A stretch of DNA of 64,000 bases from Nitrosopumilaceae archaeon (GTDB lineage Archaea; Thermoproteota; Nitrososphaeria; Nitrososphaerales; Nitrosopumilaceae), in the NCBI GenBank assembly GCA_965200155.1, contig CBDATR010000010.1, positions 352,001-416,000 of the forward strand. Direction: 5' to 3'. The position numbers were made by a program, and so were the translations under genes. The notes below the pieces were generated by a model. That model was given only the letters and a program-made list of their open reading frames with translations, searched no databases and was not told the DNA's origin. Shown one piece after another: positions 32,389 to 41,946 of this stretch (position 1 is its first letter; every line of letters begins with the position of its first letter).

Positions 32389-32434
32389 TACCAGAACACT
32401 ACAACCCATATATGATGAGAGACACTATGCAGTA

Positions 32435-33130
32435 ATGACAACTCGCATAATTCCCGTCTTTCCGATGGATCTTGTACTGTTTCCGCGCCAGGATCTATCT
32501 CTTCGTATATTTGAGCCGCGATACAAACAATTGGTAGATGACTGCATGCTTGGCGACGGCCTCTTTGGCGTATGTCTGGCTGATAACAGCAAGGTGGCTG
32601 GCTGGGAAGCTCCCGTAAACGTTGGGACCATTACTAAAATAGTGCAATGCCAGGATACGGGACTTGACGGGATGCAGCTGCATATAGACACCGTGGGTAG
32701 GAATAGGTTCCGTATACTGGAGATTATTCCACCATCCGTAGATGTGCCACCAGACTACGACCCTGTAACAATGGATGGCCATCAAAGGTTCCAAGATCTA
32801 TATGATCGCTCTGGTGAGGGTAAGATGTACATACGCGCCAATGTGGAGGTTATTCATGAACTAGATCAGGATATACCCATCTCCGCATGGCTTCACCTGG
32901 TAAAAATGTGGAAGGAAAAGACTATGCGTAATTCCACAAAAGTGGATGCGCGTACATTGGACAATATATTGGAACACTATTACCTAAAGACCGATACGCC
33001 CACTCCTGAGTTTGTATATTCGCTGGCGGCACTGGGTGCCGGTTCCCCTCGTGAAATACAACCCATCTTGGAAGCCAATACCACCGGCGAGCTTATAGCT
33101 CGTGTCCAAATGCTAATGGAGAAGGACTAG
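32435..33130 (+). CDS. LON peptidase substrate-binding-domain protein
   Basis: IPVFPMDLVLFP..LRIFEPRYKQLV. Confidence 0.88.
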   Translation: MTTRIIPVFPMDLVLFPRQDLSLRIFEPRYKQLVDDCMLGDGLFGVCLADNSKVAGWEAPVNVGTITKIVQCQDTGLDGMQLHIDTVGRNRFRILEIIPPSVDVPPDYDPVTMDGHQRFQDLYDRSGEGKMYIRANVEVIHELDQDIPISAWLHLVKMWKEKTMRNSTKVDARTLDNILEHYYLKTDTPTPEFVYSLAALGAGSPREIQPILEANTTGELIARVQMLMEKD

Positions 33131-33131
33131 A

Positions 33132-34433
33132 TTGCTTCTGCACTGTTACGCGGTTTTGGCGCTTTTGGTATTTGTGGTACCTGTTACCTTCGGGCATGGT
33201 CTGGGTCTGGATACTCTTGATGCCAACATTAATGGCGCTGAGGTGAGGCTGAGCGCCCAGTTGCCCACCAAATTTGAGGATGCAACCAAGCAGCTTACCG
33301 TCATGATTTCCCGCGATGATGAGGGTGTAGATGCGGTGTTCTGGATGGGCGTAAAGTATATGGATGAATATGTAATACAAGACACCTTTACGGCTCCCGG
33401 CGGTACGCTCTATCTGGACATCACAACCGCCGAGGTTGACTACGATATCCAGTCATCCCCCGGCTCGGCACAGATTACGGGGCCTATATTCCATTCTGGC
33501 GGTCTGTACACGGTTCATATGCGCATAGAGTCACTGGATGGTGAAATTATCCCTGATTCTCCGGAGTATCTTTTGGATCTACTGGTAACTGATACCACAA
33601 CGCATATCACAACCGATGCGCAAGGCGCGGCGGCAGAGTTTACAACTGCATCATATTTTGACAGAATACGTGAATTCCGGTACGACTCAACAGTGGGAGT
33701 AGCCACTTTTGTCATCCCATTTGACTGGGGCCTAGATCGTGTATCTCATATACCAGTCATTCATCAAGAGGTGCGCTTTCCGGCAGACTTTGAAGAGTTT
33801 GTCTCCAGGGGATATGTGGGTACGGTCAATGGTGTGGAACTCTTCAGATCCTCGATTACAGTAGATGACTTTTCCACACCAGGGGAGCGAACCGTTCATT
33901 TCGTACTGCTACAAGATCACATCAATCTCATACGGTCTCAGATGGAACGTCCTGCCGGGTCCCTTCCAGATAACATAACCTTTACGCTGGAGAAGGATCA
34001 AGACATACGCAGTCAGCTGAGCACGTATACGAGGAGTGGTGACTATCAGGTGGATATGACTTGGGAACCTGAGGAGATATTACCTGGCCAGAAGACAAAG
34101 TTCATCTTTACAATACGCGATGCGTATACTGGCGAGACCATTCGACAATCCAGTTATGATTTTGCACTGGAACAGGATGGCCGCGAACTATATCGAAGCT
34201 CTGGCGTAGCAGTGGTTGGCGGCGATTTCAGGGAGTATGAGTTTGGTGAGGAACAGGCTGGCGCAGCAACGGTGCGTTTGGAAAATATTCGCGGTACAGG
34301 CGAATATGTCGAGTTTGTATTTGTAGTGGCCCCGGAATTTGAGATTGTGTTGCTCATACTGGCCGTGTCCATATCTGCAAGTGCGCTGATAATCCGGAGT
34401 AGCCTCTTCCGGGGGGTTATGTACCGTGGTTGA
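33132..34433 (+). CDS. Secreted PEFG-CTERM-type surface protein
   Basis: Signal peptide, acidic beta-rich body, VAPEF + TM + basic tail. Confidence 0.8.
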   Translation: MLLHCYAVLALLVFVVPVTFGHGLGLDTLDANINGAEVRLSAQLPTKFEDATKQLTVMISRDDEGVDAVFWMGVKYMDEYVIQDTFTAPGGTLYLDITTAEVDYDIQSSPGSAQITGPIFHSGGLYTVHMRIESLDGEIIPDSPEYLLDLLVTDTTTHITTDAQGAAAEFTTASYFDRIREFRYDSTVGVATFVIPFDWGLDRVSHIPVIHQEVRFPADFEEFVSRGYVGTVNGVELFRSSITVDDFSTPGERTVHFVLLQDHINLIRSQMERPAGSLPDNITFTLEKDQDIRSQLSTYTRSGDYQVDMTWEPEEILPGQKTKFIFTIRDAYTGETIRQSSYDFALEQDGRELYRSSGVAVVGGDFREYEFGEEQAGAATVRLENIRGTGEYVEFVFVVAPEFEIVLLILAVSISASALIIRSSLFRGVMYRG

Positions 34434-34598
34434 AGCACACGTCCCCATTCCCTTTGCATTATGCTCCTGAATGCAGAGCTCAACACTGACAGACTTGTGC
34501 AATCTAGTATGTGTTCAAGTTTACGCGCCACATTTTCGTATAATACAAGCTCAACGCGAAGATTCTAAACTTAAATACATTTTCTACCAATAGAGCAC

Positions 34599-35795
34599 AT
34601 GAGCCAAGAGTTACGGCGAAAGAAGCTGAGGGGCTCTGGGGGTTATGTTATGGCAAACGTTACTGATGAGCAACAAAGAAAAGGAAATTTGGGCGGCCCT
34701 GAATTATTCTTGGCTCCAATAGGTCGACTTAGTAATGACTGTATGAGTAAGTACTATTGTAATATGTGTGATAATGAGTATGAGATGGCTCCTAGTGTAG
34801 ATTATGAGAATGTAAATGAGCTAGTCGCAGAGAATCTTTTGCTCACGGAGAGGGGTCAGTACAAGTGTGGGCAGTGTAGCGCTACCATAGCTGAATACAG
34901 GGAATTTAAAAAGCCAAACGAGGCCATGGATGTAGGTGTAGCAAAGCCAGCTGCTGCAGAACCGGTTGTGGAGGTAGCGCCCGAGCCAGCTGCTGCAGAA
35001 CCGGTTGTGGAGGTAGCGCCCGAGCCAGCTGCTGCAGAACCGGTTGTGGAGGTAGCGCCCGAGCCAGCTGCTGCAGAACCGGTTGTGGAGGTAGCGCCCG
35101 AGCCAGCTGCTGCAGAACCGGTTGTGGAGGTAGCGCCCGAGCCAGCTGCTGCAGAACCGGTTGTGGAGGTAGCGCCCGAGCCAGCTGCTGCAGAACCGGT
35201 TGTGGAGGTAGCGCCCGAGCCAGCTGCTGCAGAACCGGTTGTGGAGGTAGCGCCCGAGCCAGCTGCTGCAGAACCGGTTGTGGAGGTAGCGCCCGAGCCA
35301 GCTGCTGCAGAACCGGTTGTGGAGGTAGCGCCCGAGCCAGCTGCTGCAGAACCGGTTGTGGAGGTAGCGCCCGAGCCAGCTGCTGCAGAACCGGTTGTGG
35401 AGGTAGCGCCCGAGCCAGCTGCTGCAGAACCGGTTGTGGAGGTAGCGCCCGAGGTGACGAGTAATGGTATGGACGTAATACGATTACAAGGATTGGTTGT
35501 CTACAACCTTGACGCCCAACAAGTTGGTACTGTATCACAAATCTGCATGGGCTCCAATATGTCGCTCCTACTTGTACTGGATAATCATACCGCTATCCCT
35601 TGGAGTCGCATAACTGCCGTAGGTGATATCATACTGTTGGGCCCCAAAACCCAATCCCAGTCACAAAATGATAATAATACTATACAAGAAGATGTGCAAG
35701 CACTGCCACCCCTTGGTAAGTGCGGTGAATGTGGTAACCAGAACACACCTGACTCTAGGTTCTGCGAAGAATGCGGGAATGGCTTGAGTAAATAA
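34599..35795 (+). CDS. Zinc-ribbon / PRC-barrel / zinc-ribbon protein with Pro-Ala-Glu linker
   Basis: CxxC pairs, VYNLDAQQVG..IPWSRITAVGDIILL, CGECG..FCEECG. Confidence 0.8.
   Translation: MSQELRRKKLRGSGGYVMANVTDEQQRKGNLGGPELFLAPIGRLSNDCMSKYYCNMCDNEYEMAPSVDYENVNELVAENLLLTERGQYKCGQCSATIAEYREFKKPNEAMDVGVAKPAAAEPVVEVAPEPAAAEPVVEVAPEPAAAEPVVEVAPEPAAAEPVVEVAPEPAAAEPVVEVAPEPAAAEPVVEVAPEPAAAEPVVEVAPEPAAAEPVVEVAPEPAAAEPVVEVAPEPAAAEPVVEVAPEPAAAEPVVEVAPEPAAAEPVVEVAPEPAAAEPVVEVAPEVTSNGMDVIRLQGLVVYNLDAQQVGTVSQICMGSNMSLLLVLDNHTAIPWSRITAVGDIILLGPKTQSQSQNDNNTIQEDVQALPPLGKCGECGNQNTPDSRFCEECGNGLSK
34947..35453 (+). repeat. Perfect coding tandem repeat 13 x 39 bp (PAAAEPVVEVAPE)
   Basis: Unit CCAGCTGCTGCAGAACCGGTTGTGGAGGTAGCGCCCGAG; 507 bp = 13 units. 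Confidence 0.97.
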
Positions 35796-35824
35796 TTAAA
35801 CAGGGACAACTGAACCAAGATCTG

Positions 35825-36337
35825 TTGATTACCAAGCGCAAGATCATTATAGATGTCATTATTGTTGTAGTAGGACTTGCCACAATATGGGGTGTCTTCA
35901 TAACTGCTTATGGCACCTTTAATCCGTTTTACGTTGTGGCTAGCGGTAGTATGATTCCCACTTTGGAGGTGTACGATCTACTTGTCATATCTGCACGGGA
36001 AGAATTTACTAGCATAGAACCCGGTGACATTATAGTGTACAATCGTCCATCTGATCATAATCGTGTTATTGTACATCGTATTGTGTCGGTAATAGACGAG
36101 GATCCTTATACGCTAAGAGCCAAGGGTGACAACAATCCGGCATCCATGCCGGGCACAGACTTTCCAATCACCGAGGAAGAGTATTTGGGAAAGGTGGTGA
36201 CCGTAATCCCTGACGTGGGTTTTCTGCCTAGGCTTATACAACCACCTATCAATTATATCATAATAGCTGGAATTGTAGCGTATGTGGCCATTAAATGGTA
36301 CAAAAGTAAGCCCAAACAGAATTCCGATGATGCATAA
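35825..36337 (+). CDS. Signal peptidase I (archaeal Sec11-type)
   Basis: VASGSMIP, IVHR, KGDNN. Confidence 0.92.
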   Translation: MITKRKIIIDVIIVVVGLATIWGVFITAYGTFNPFYVVASGSMIPTLEVYDLLVISAREEFTSIEPGDIIVYNRPSDHNRVIVHRIVSVIDEDPYTLRAKGDNNPASMPGTDFPITEEEYLGKVVTVIPDVGFLPRLIQPPINYIIIAGIVAYVAIKWYKSKPKQNSDDA

Positions 36338-36391
36338 ATACCAATTCTTCTTGAAGTGTGCTATTACTAATTCGAGATAAAGCCCAAACAG

Positions 36392-37888
36392 TCAGTCTAT
36401 TTTAAAGACCCGCTTAAAGTAGTCCGACGGTTCTGTTGGCTCTTCAAGGTCGGTAACTCCTGCCAACTTCTTGGCCAAATTCTTCTTGTATCCTAACTGC
36501 ATCTGCCGTTGTATCTGTATTCGTTGAGCCTGCGGGGATCCGGCACCATGCATGGACTCAGTAAGATATCCTACGGCATTTCTTCCCATAGTCATATTCT
36601 CAATAAGCCTCAGTATGCGCATTCGATTCTCCACATCTGCTCCCTTGCGACCAGCTAGATACTTTTTAAGCATAGGTCCAGTCTCCGGATTCTTAAAGTC
36701 CTTCTCTGAAGGCAGGGTTACCATCAACCCGCCTGCTATGTCTTGTGCTAGCCTGCTAATCTCATATGGGAATCTGGTGACATTGTGCTTACAGACTTGT
36801 GCTAGCATGTCATCATTCAGGTACACGCCGGACTTCATCTTCTGTGCTTGGGCTGAGGAAGCTATGCCATCCGCATATATGTCCTCGTTTAGGTGGGTCA
36901 TTTCTATAATCTTGTCTTTGATATGAGATACTTTGGGCACGCCATTATAATCTGCAATAGTGGCGGCAGCTCCTATTAGTACGTCCCCCAGACCAGTCTT
37001 GCATACATAGCTACGCCTATGATAGCAGGTAAATCTCTCTACCAGCATGGCGGCAAACTCCCATTCACCATTCATGAATACGTACTCCCAAGGTATGAAG
37101 ACTCTATCTAATACCACCAGAGCCTCTTGGCCCCCGAACTTTGCGTTACCCTGATCTATCTCACTCTCTTCCAAACTGCGGGTGTCGCAAGACTGCCTGC
37201 CGTAAATGTATGTCACGCCGGGCGCATCCACCGGGAATGCCCCCACAATAGCATAGTCACGATCGTCCTCGGTTAGTCGTATCGTGGGCATTATGATTAT
37301 CCAGTGTGAGTTTATACAACCTGTTTGGTGTGCCTTGGCCCCCGATACGTATACGCCTTTTTCGTCGGTGTCTACTACATGCGTAAATAGATCAGGATCA
37401 ATCTGTTCAGAGGGTCCCTTACTACGATCTCCTTTAGGATCTGTCATTGCCCCTCCTATTACATAATTATCGGCCTGAACCATTTTTACAAACTTCAAGA
37501 ATCTTTTGTGATATTGTGTGCGATATTTTTCATCAATCTCAAATGTTACTGAATGCAATGAGTTCAGTGCATCCATACCAACACATCTCTGAAAACATGT
37601 TCCCGTATTCTGGCCAAGCTTGCGCTGCATCTTGTTTTGCATAATTAGATCTTGTGCACTCTCTGCTATGTGCAGGAAGCGGTTAACCCTCTCTCCTGTC
37701 AAGGGGGAATGAGCGGTAGCTAGCTCCTCCTCTCTGGTCGCCAAATCATAAGTCTCAGCTACTGCGTTAATGGAAGGGCGTATTATGGGGTGATCTACAG
37801 GATCGTTTACTCTCTCGCCTAACAAGAACACTCTTAGGTTCCGGTTCCTAAGGCTCTCTATATACTCGGCCCCTGTACGTATGGCCAT
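36392..37888 (-). CDS. abfD: 4-hydroxybutyryl-CoA dehydratase (3HP/4HB carbon fixation)
   Basis: TGTCFQRCVG, TDPKGDRS, YHRRSY.CK, ESMHGAGSPQAQ. Confidence 0.93.
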   Translation of the reverse strand: MAIRTGAEYIESLRNRNLRVFLLGERVNDPVDHPIIRPSINAVAETYDLATREEELATAHSPLTGERVNRFLHIAESAQDLIMQNKMQRKLGQNTGTCFQRCVGMDALNSLHSVTFEIDEKYRTQYHKRFLKFVKMVQADNYVIGGAMTDPKGDRSKGPSEQIDPDLFTHVVDTDEKGVYVSGAKAHQTGCINSHWIIIMPTIRLTEDDRDYAIVGAFPVDAPGVTYIYGRQSCDTRSLEESEIDQGNAKFGGQEALVVLDRVFIPWEYVFMNGEWEFAAMLVERFTCYHRRSYVCKTGLGDVLIGAAATIADYNGVPKVSHIKDKIIEMTHLNEDIYADGIASSAQAQKMKSGVYLNDDMLAQVCKHNVTRFPYEISRLAQDIAGGLMVTLPSEKDFKNPETGPMLKKYLAGRKGADVENRMRILRLIENMTMGRNAVGYLTESMHGAGSPQAQRIQIQRQMQLGYKKNLAKKLAGVTDLEEPTEPSDYFKRVFKID

Positions 37889-37936
37889 AACACTGGTTAC
37901 ATTGTGGGATTATAAAAACTAAAACCATGTGTGTGA

Positions 37937-39111
37937 GAATTTGTTGCATAACTCAATCAAGTTAGGTAGATAAATCGTATTGGGAAAAAATTGTGTATTT
38001 CCGTCACACAACCGTGTGTTAGTGACCATTAGATCCAAGCATTAATATCTGAGATTTTTTAACAAGTTTGATGGTATTCACCGACAATGCCAAGTACGTC
38101 CAGCGGGAGGCTATTTGGCTTTGATCATGCATGGGATTGAAAAGGCTAACCATAACAAGGAGGGTGCTCCCTACCAGTATGCCGTGGGCATGTTACATGA
38201 CACTGAGAACGGCATTAGGTGTGAGATACAGGCAGGTATCCGGATTCCTTGCAGGACTACTGGAAGGGTACCAAACCCCGTACTACTCCACATACATACG
38301 CGGAAGGGATAGACATAGACAAGAAGAACAGTATTTGCCTGCACGGACAAAAAGCTGACTAGAACCATGATTGTGGACTCGACCGGCCTTGAATCGTGGT
38401 GAGTGGATTAGAACCAAATGGAAAAAGAGACGCGGATTCATCAGTGCTCGCGGACTGGGAGTGCATATGCATTTACGGTTACCGGCGAGTGGGTTGGGGA
38501 TACGCGCATGTTAAACAATGCAGTACTGGGCTCGTATGCAGAAGAGCCACAACTGGACAGGGAGCACACCCTGGAATTGGAAAGTTCCGGACCCATTGCA
38601 ACAGTTGCCATCCATGGCAGGATCAACAGATAAGCTACCACCCGGAAACGCGCTGACTAACGGTGTGTCCCCCTTACCGAATAATGATGAGAAGCGCGCA
38701 TGCAACCTCGAGTTGCTTGCGGATGGCGCACACGCGTCCAGGGATAACATGAAATTGTGCAGTGATAATCGCATCCGGACAACCATTCCACTTCATCTAA
38801 ATTCCACCAAAGGAAAGGCGACTCATGGGGACTTGCAGTCTTGGAGGAAGCCCGGAATCGCCCATTTTCCGCCTTTCTGATGAGGAAAAGGTCGAAAACA
38901 AGCAGTACTGGAAGGCGGCAAAAGGGTACAACAGGCGATGGCTAATCGAGATAATCAGAGCCGGTTCCCGTTCAAACGACTATTCGGGCACGGATTAATG
39001 GCGCGGAAATGGGATAACATACGAGTGCAACGAGTGGGCGGACACGGCAGTAACGTAGATTACGACATGGGGGAACCTGTATTCTGTCAAAGTCAGTTAT
39101 GCAACAAACTC
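37937..39111 (+). mobile_element. IS5-family element with frameshifted transposase pseudogene
   Basis: 17-bp TIR GAATTTGTTGCATAACT/AGTTATGCAACAAACTC; fragments IVDSTG, LLADGA, GYNRRW.IE, FKRLFG. Confidence 0.85.
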
Positions 39112-39156
39112 GCTCAACTGAGAGGTTTTTAAGTGCGAATCAAATAAGTTGACACA

Positions 39157-40014
39157 ATGAAAGTTTTAATAGCAGTATCAATGCTTACGCTCTTTGTCGC
39201 GACAGCTGCAACAGCAGTCCCAACGTCTTTTGCTGAAGAGTACCGCGTCACAAACGCAGAGGGTTCCTCAACACCCGGTTGTGAGGCGAATAATGAATGT
39301 TTTGTACCTGCATCGCTCACCATAAACGTGGGTGATATGGTAATCTGGGACAACGTTGACAACGCGGCACACACCATAACCAGCGGAGTTCTTGCAGAAG
39401 GCGGACCTGATGGCATCTTTGACAGCGGTCTTGTCAGCCCGGGAACTGAGTTTTCCCACACCTTTGATGATGAGGGTACATTCCCGTACTTTTGCCTAGT
39501 CCATCCCTGGATGAGCGGCGAGGTGGCTGTGATGGCTGCTGGTGGTTCCATGGAAGATGATGAAATGATGATGGATGGTGACATGATATCACTTGAAGAG
39601 GCTAGTGCGATCTCCATGCTGGAGGATACTGAGGTTCGTATCCGAGCCACAGAGCCAACAGTAGCTGATCAGATGGTGATAGATGTTATGTTTGTGGATT
39701 CGGAGCATGTCAATTATGATATAATGATAGCGCAGGAAGGCGCCATTCTATTGGATGATATGGGTGTCCATACACATACTGGCATGGCAACTCACATGAC
39801 TGAACACTTGGACTCCGATAGTCCAGTTGATATCATAATTACTTTCCAAGGATATGGTATTGATGAGAAGACCGGCCCCATAGGTGTGCAATTGGAGTTT
39901 GCACAAGTAGTTCCAGAGTTTGGTACGCTTGTGGCCATGATACTGGCAATAGCTGTAGTATCGGTAGTGGTATTCTCTGCGAGATCTCGACTAAGCATAA
40001 TCCCTAGGTACTGA
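39157..40014 (+). CDS. Plastocyanin-like blue copper protein with PEFG-CTERM
   Basis: HTITSG, YFCLVHPWM, VVPEFG + TM. Confidence 0.92.
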   Translation: MKVLIAVSMLTLFVATAATAVPTSFAEEYRVTNAEGSSTPGCEANNECFVPASLTINVGDMVIWDNVDNAAHTITSGVLAEGGPDGIFDSGLVSPGTEFSHTFDDEGTFPYFCLVHPWMSGEVAVMAAGGSMEDDEMMMDGDMISLEEASAISMLEDTEVRIRATEPTVADQMVIDVMFVDSEHVNYDIMIAQEGAILLDDMGVHTHTGMATHMTEHLDSDSPVDIIITFQGYGIDEKTGPIGVQLEFAQVVPEFGTLVAMILAIAVVSVVVFSARSRLSIIPRY

Positions 40015-40591
40015 GATTTCTTATTTTTTCAACATGCGGCGCCGGAGAGGCGCCGCGTTTTGGGTATTATTAGACATGCCTGACTCATTGTTGCACTCAT
40101 GTGTTGCATCCATGGACTTGGTCAATGGCATGTTATATTTCGCAAGATTTGCGACCATGACGATGGTGATGACGCCGGATGAGTCACATGTTTATGTATA
40201 TGTGTAGGGCGTAGCATCATTTCACAATACACAAGAGCCCGCCAAGATAAAGGCGGATCCACAGTCATCCTGCATGCATATTGTGGGGCTTATACAAATA
40301 CCTGCTGACGCCCTAATGGAGAATTATATAGTTAAGTTACTTGTTGGAGAGTATGGTGAACCATTCCTGGGAGTGATTCACTCTTATACGTGGTACCCTT
40401 ATTATGAAAGCGCGCCAGGCATTTGATACCATTCTAGTCATGGTTGAATAAAGGGGTAACGACCAAATTTTATCTCATGAATTAGCCATTCAGAGGTAAC
40501 TCAGATATATAATTCCCCCCTAATGGAATAAATTCAGGGAAACATGAATTTCATACCATCCTATATTATGTGCAGATCATATCTCTAGTAT

Positions 40592-41173
40592 GTGATAGTG
40601 GCTATTGAGGGTGTAGACCAGTCCGGAAAGCGAACGCAGACAGAGATGCTGACTTCAAGTCTGCAAAGCGACGGGATAGATACGCGCATGTTTGAGTTTC
40701 CCGATTACAACACCCCTGCTGGTCGTCGTATCCATGATGCATTACATGGGGGTCATGCTTCACTAAAAGAAATACACCAACTACAGGCAGAAAACCGCAG
40801 GGAGAGAGCAGACGACATAAGGGATGCGTTGAAGTGCAATCAAGTCCTAATAATGAATCGGTACTGTGACTCTAATATTGTATATGGACTCGCCAACAAG
40901 ATGGACAGGGAATGGCTAGTAAGTCTAGACTCGGACATGCCTAAGGCAGACATGGTCATACTCTTGGATATAGATGCTGAGGAGTCATTCAGGCGAAAGA
41001 CACGCCGGGACAAATTTGAGTCCAACAAAGATCTCATAAAAATGGTCGTAAATCTATATCGCGACGAGGCAAGGAATGCAGGCTGGATAAGGGTGGACGG
41101 AACTCGCGAACCTGATGTTATACATGCGCAGATTTTGAAGATTGTACACGCCAGCTTGGAAGGTTGCAACTAA
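40592..41173 (+). CDS. tmk: Thymidylate kinase
   Basis: IAIEGVDQSGKRTQ-like P-loop, FPDY.TP.G, MNRY. Confidence 0.9.
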   Translation: MIVAIEGVDQSGKRTQTEMLTSSLQSDGIDTRMFEFPDYNTPAGRRIHDALHGGHASLKEIHQLQAENRRERADDIRDALKCNQVLIMNRYCDSNIVYGLANKMDREWLVSLDSDMPKADMVILLDIDAEESFRRKTRRDKFESNKDLIKMVVNLYRDEARNAGWIRVDGTREPDVIHAQILKIVHASLEGCN

Positions 41174-41345
41174 GTCATATGCTAGAGGCTGCCTGTAGTG
41201 TTATCTCCCATACGTACTGATTGGCATTACATTTTGCGGCGCGTATTTACGCCAAGACAATTCTGGACGCACATTGTCGGAATTTGATACTCTGGTTATA
41301 GTCAACTCATCAGGTTTATATGCAAAACCGCCGTTATACCATATT

Positions 41346-41801
41346 ATGGGCATAATACGCGGTATTGCCATGGAGGCCAGTCACAAGGCTCGCCAAAAGA
41401 CTGGCTGTTCTGCATTACCTAAAATAATAGACTTTGCAGGAAAGAATATGGAACAAGTACTGGCATCCCGAACCCAGGAATTTTACGAGTTTATACTGCC
41501 CCCTGTGGACCTACAAAGTGGAGACGGAGTAATCATAGTGAGTGTGGACTTGCCGGGATACAATCGGGATCAAATCAAGATAAGGATGAGTGGCAATGTT
41601 CTCTCCATAAGTGGACAGCGAGATCCCGTTGAAAATACAATATATGCTCAGCGACCTAATGTTATACACAAGGACATACGATTGCCCACTCACATAAAAC
41701 GCGGCGAAGAGCCCGAGTGCTCGGCTAGCCTGGATGATGGGGTACTTCGCGTAACTGTGCCCATACCCCAAAGCGGTATAGATATTTCCATTAACAACTA
41801 A
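41346..41801 (+). CDS. Small heat-shock protein (Hsp14/Hsp20)
   Basis: EFYEFILPPVD, VDLPG, DGVLRVTVP; start inferred. Confidence 0.85.
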   Translation: MGIIRGIAMEASHKARQKTGCSALPKIIDFAGKNMEQVLASRTQEFYEFILPPVDLQSGDGVIIVSVDLPGYNRDQIKIRMSGNVLSISGQRDPVENTIYAQRPNVIHKDIRLPTHIKRGEEPECSASLDDGVLRVTVPIPQSGIDISINN

Positions 41802-41839
41802 CTCTTGGTATGTGCAGCATCAATAGTAAGAAAAGTTTC

Positions 41840-41931
41840 GTATGAGTTCACGTCTTCCGGAATCTTGTGCACAAATCATATTAACTGTCGCGATCAGTTG
41901 TGCGTAAATTTAGACACAGGTGAACTCATAC
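41840..41931 (+). mobile_element. MITE family A copy, TSD AAAGTTTC
   Basis: Perfect TIR and 8-bp duplication between convergent genes. Confidence 0.95.
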
Positions 41932-41946
41932 AAAGTTTCACCATTT

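Noticed and set aside
34947-35453. 39-bp repeat as CRISPR; antisense ORF 34906-35538
   Set aside because: No spacers and in frame within a gene; the antisense ORF is a by-product of the repeat.
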